Shown piece after piece: positions 61,368 to 64,000 of a stretch of 64,000 nucleotides of DNA. Under the pieces are notes generated by a model. The model saw only the letters and a list, made by a program, of their open reading frames with translations. It was not told the origin of the DNA and made no database searches. Numbering within the stretch: position 1 is the first letter of the stretch; each line of letters starts with the position of its first letter. The translations under genes and the position numbers were made by a program. This DNA is from Longimicrobiales bacterium (GTDB lineage: Bacteria; Gemmatimonadota; Gemmatimonadetes; Longimicrobiales; Gaopeijiaceae), in the NCBI GenBank assembly GCA_041690395.1, contig JAWLHJ010000005.1, positions 320,001 through 384,000 of the forward strand, in the 5' to 3' direction.

Positions 61368-62450
61368 ATGCCGTACGATCTTTCTCAGGTTCTGGTGGTC
61401 GGGATCTCATCCCGAGCCCTATTCGACCTCCGAACGGAGGACCGGATCTTCGACGAAGAAGGTCTGGAGGCCTACTCCAAGTATCAGATCGCCCACGAGG
61501 ACAAACCCCTCGATCCGGGTCCAGCTTTCGCTCTCGTGAAGGCCTTGCTTCACCTAAACGAGATTGGTGGGGAGAAGCGGCGCACCGAGGTGGTCGTGAT
61601 GTCCCGGAACAATGCGGACACAAGCCTGAGGCTCTTCCACTCCATTAGGAAGCACAATCTCGACATCACCAGGGCAGCGCTGACCTCGGGTGCCCCTCTA
61701 GCAAGGTACGCCAAGGCGTTTGAGGTCGACCTCTTTTTGTCGGCAGACGAACAGGATGTCCAGATGGCCGTGGACGGGGGATTCGCCGCAGCCCGTATTT
61801 ATTCTTCGCCTCCTGACGGGTCCCTTCCGACCGACCAGGTCAGAATCGCGTTCGATGGAGATGCGGTCCTTTTCTCGGAAGAGTCCGAACTCATCTATCA
61901 GAAGGACGGTCTGGACGCATTTCATCTTCATGAGCAAGAGAGAGCGTCTGAGCCTCTCGGAGCTGGCCCTTTTGCGCCGTTCCTTCGGACCCTGTCCACA
62001 CTACAACGCGAGTTTGGCCGTAAAGAGGGAGAGGAGGGTCCCATCCGGACAGCGCTTATTACTGCTCGGAACAGCCCTGCACATGAGCGAGTGATCCGGA
62101 CTCTCCGCTCGTGGAACGTACGAGTTGACGAGACGTTTCTGTTGGGCGGAGCTCCGAAGGACGGCGTCGTGCGAGCCTTTGGGCCGCACATCTTCTTCGA
62201 CGATCAGGCAACCCATCTCGAGCCGTCGGCGGAGCATACTGCCGTGGCCCAGGTGCCCTTCCGGACAGCCGGTGCCGAGCAGCTAGTACTCGACGGCCTT
62301 CCCGAGTCGATAGAAGCGACACCTGACAGGAACGGCCGAAGGGGTATCTCTAAGAAGAAAGGCGAGCCTGCCACCGCCACAACCGTGCCAACCCCGCCGA
62401 GCGCCGAGGCACCTCCATCCCGGTCGAGGAAGCGGGGCAAGAAGCCGTAG
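61368..62450 (+). CDS. 5'-nucleotidase (cN-I-like, HAD superfamily, PF06189-type)
   Basis: 'LVVGISSRALFDL', 'RIAFDGDAVLFSEESE', 'TARNSPAHERV', 'PHIFFDDQ'; basic low-complexity tail. Confidence 0.9.
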   Translation: MPYDLSQVLVVGISSRALFDLRTEDRIFDEEGLEAYSKYQIAHEDKPLDPGPAFALVKALLHLNEIGGEKRRTEVVVMSRNNADTSLRLFHSIRKHNLDITRAALTSGAPLARYAKAFEVDLFLSADEQDVQMAVDGGFAAARIYSSPPDGSLPTDQVRIAFDGDAVLFSEESELIYQKDGLDAFHLHEQERASEPLGAGPFAPFLRTLSTLQREFGRKEGEEGPIRTALITARNSPAHERVIRTLRSWNVRVDETFLLGGAPKDGVVRAFGPHIFFDDQATHLEPSAEHTAVAQVPFRTAGAEQLVLDGLPESIEATPDRNGRRGISKKKGEPATATTVPTPPSAEAPPSRSRKRGKKP

Positions 62451-62754
62451 AAGTGTGGGACGACTCTGGAGAGATCGGGATGCGGGTTGATCCGTGGGGC
62501 GACGCCCCACCTCAGTTAACAAAAATGCTTCCGGCTCCGCTCACTTCGTTCGCTCCGACCTAGATGGCCCCAGACAAGTGTGGCCGGGGAACGAAGTGCA
62601 GCGTACTCTCGGAGTGACAGTCCGACCGCGATTTGTGGTTGGGCTACGTCGGAGACATCTGAACGTTATGGAACGCTCGTCTCTGGGTTGGATCGCGGAC
62701 GCTAGGGCTGGGCCGTCGGGCACGAAGTGAATCGGCGCATCAGGGAGGAGATGG

Positions 62755-63762
62755 GTGAATCGATACGGCTCTTACCGTGCGCTGTTAGGAAACGCGGTAT
62801 CCGCGGCATGCGCTGGGATTGAGATCTACAACAAGCCGAAGTTCGATTATCGGGATGAAACCGCGATCATTCTGCTGGTAAACGCGTGGGAGTTGGCTCT
62901 GAAGGCGGTTCTCTCGAAGAACCGGGTGCCCATCTACTATCCCAAGAAGCGCGACCAGCCCTATCGGACCCTGAGCGCACGAGACGCCCTGACCAAGGCG
63001 GAGCCGTTCTTTCCGAAGGAAATCGACTATCGGGCCACCGCTGAGAACGTTCAGCTCCTAATTGAATATCGGGACACCGCGGTCCATTTCTATCACAAGG
63101 AAGGGCTGGAGGTTGTCCTCTACTCCCTGGCCCAGACGGCGATCGTCAACCTGAAGGACCTCGTCGAGCATGTCTTCGACAGAGACCTTTCGGATGAGGT
63201 ATCGATATCGCTTCTCCCGCTCTCGTTCGCCACACCCGTTGATCCCATCCAGTTCCTAAGGCGTGCCCGAGAGGATGGTGAGTTCAACACCGCCGTAAGG
63301 GACTTCGCGAATTTGGTGACCTCTGCAGTAGAGTCGCTAGAGTCGGACAAGCGTGACACCGGCCGGTTACTTACCGTGTTCCAGGTGAAGCTCGTTTCCA
63401 CCAAGAAATTGGAGAAGGCGGACCTGGTCGTGGGCGTTCAAGGACAGGCCGGTACGGATGGGAAGTTGTTGGTCCAGAAACCCACCGATCCGAATGCCTC
63501 TCATCCCTACCGCGAGTCGGATATCATCACTCCGAAGTCTGGCGACAGAGGATTCGGAATCGAGTACGACGGGCTCCCGCTAGGTCAGTACCAGTTCCGT
63601 GCGATCGGGAAGAAGCTCCAAGTGCGTGAGAATCCTGAATGGTGCTGGAGAGACTCCACAGGGATGGTCACGCGGTACTCTGAGAAGTACGTGAACCGCC
63701 TTAAGTCGCTTTCACGGGCAGATGTCGAGACAGCAGTGGCCGACTACTCGCACCGAAGCTAG
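62755..63762 (+). CDS. DUF3644 (HEPN-like) protein
   Basis: 'IEIYNKP...YRDE..ILLVNAWELALKA' and RxxxxH 'RDTAVH'; SD GGAGGAG. Confidence 0.8.
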   Translation: MNRYGSYRALLGNAVSAACAGIEIYNKPKFDYRDETAIILLVNAWELALKAVLSKNRVPIYYPKKRDQPYRTLSARDALTKAEPFFPKEIDYRATAENVQLLIEYRDTAVHFYHKEGLEVVLYSLAQTAIVNLKDLVEHVFDRDLSDEVSISLLPLSFATPVDPIQFLRRAREDGEFNTAVRDFANLVTSAVESLESDKRDTGRLLTVFQVKLVSTKKLEKADLVVGVQGQAGTDGKLLVQKPTDPNASHPYRESDIITPKSGDRGFGIEYDGLPLGQYQFRAIGKKLQVRENPEWCWRDSTGMVTRYSEKYVNRLKSLSRADVETAVADYSHRS

Positions 63763-63880
63763 ACCGAACTGCAGCTCTGACGGAGTGCTATGGGCGAGCA
63801 GCGACGCACGCCAACCGACGCTGGAAATCTGCGCCAAGAGGCCGCGTCACACGGGCCCCGCTTGATTCTGGCCCCTGATC

Positions 63881-63930
63881 CAACTGCCTTTTAATCAGTA
63901 GTCCTGGGTTCGATCCCCAGCCGGGTCACT
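63881..63930 (+). repeat. attR-like duplicate of the tRNA-Lys 3' part
   Basis: Matches 55138-55188 with one substitution and one 1-nt deletion. Confidence 0.93.
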
Positions 63931-63972
63931 GGCCGGGAGTCCGTGCGGGAAGCGGGCTTCCGGCCTTTTTTT
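63931..63972 (+). terminator. Rho-independent terminator (probably the displaced tRNA terminator)
   Basis: Stem ggccgggagtccg/cgggcttccggcc followed by T7. Confidence 0.85.
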
Positions 63973-64000
63973 ATAGCCGCCAGCCTGTCCGCGAACATGG

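Larger units (their letters stand above)
55138..63930. mobile_element. ~8.7-kb tRNA-Lys-integrated genomic (defence) island, apparently immobilised
   Basis: Direct repeats 55138-55188 and 63881-63930; visibly lower GC and more A/T-ending codons; restriction-type cargo; no intact integrase. Confidence 0.9.

Noticed and set aside
59350..63880. Integron cassette array in the island
   Set aside because: No integron integrase, no convincing RYYYAAC...GTTRRRY attC pairs, mixed gene orientations
63881..63930. Second tRNA-Lys gene
   Set aside because: Lacks the 5' acceptor strand and D-arm; it is the att duplication

Overview
High-GC bacterial chromosome segment. Gene content (three PadR + ADOP-type ABC permease pairs, many exported peptidases) suggests Gemmatimonadota or a similar lineage; this is inference. 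Positions 1-55 kb are mostly core genes: transporters (ActP-like SSS, DASS, DAACS), the ffh...rpsP-rimM-trmD...rplS-rnhB cluster interrupted by inserted genes, panD, cls, peptidases (S9, M28, M61, S51) and a serpin. Positions 55.2-63.9 kb form an ~8.7-kb island integrated at tRNA-Lys(TTT) and bounded by a ~50-bp direct repeat. It has no intact integrase and only a frameshifted excisionase. It carries McrB-McrC convergent on Vsr plus a C5-cytosine methyltransferase, a GHKL-ATPase stump, a 5'-nucleotidase and a HEPN-like DUF3644 protein. The main non-obvious signals are: (i) a tandemly duplicated module at 9.6-11.15 kb, made of a 120-aa leader-like ORF ending in APANAPPH, a structurally conserved three-hairpin spacer that occludes the RBS, and a small membrane protein (candidate ribosome-stalling switch); (ii) a doubly in-frame-deleted mini-TerC; (iii) a dispersed intergenic element with paired palindromes at 33.5 and 39.6 kb; (iv) the defence island composition. 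All calls are from motif recognition by eye; no searches were run.
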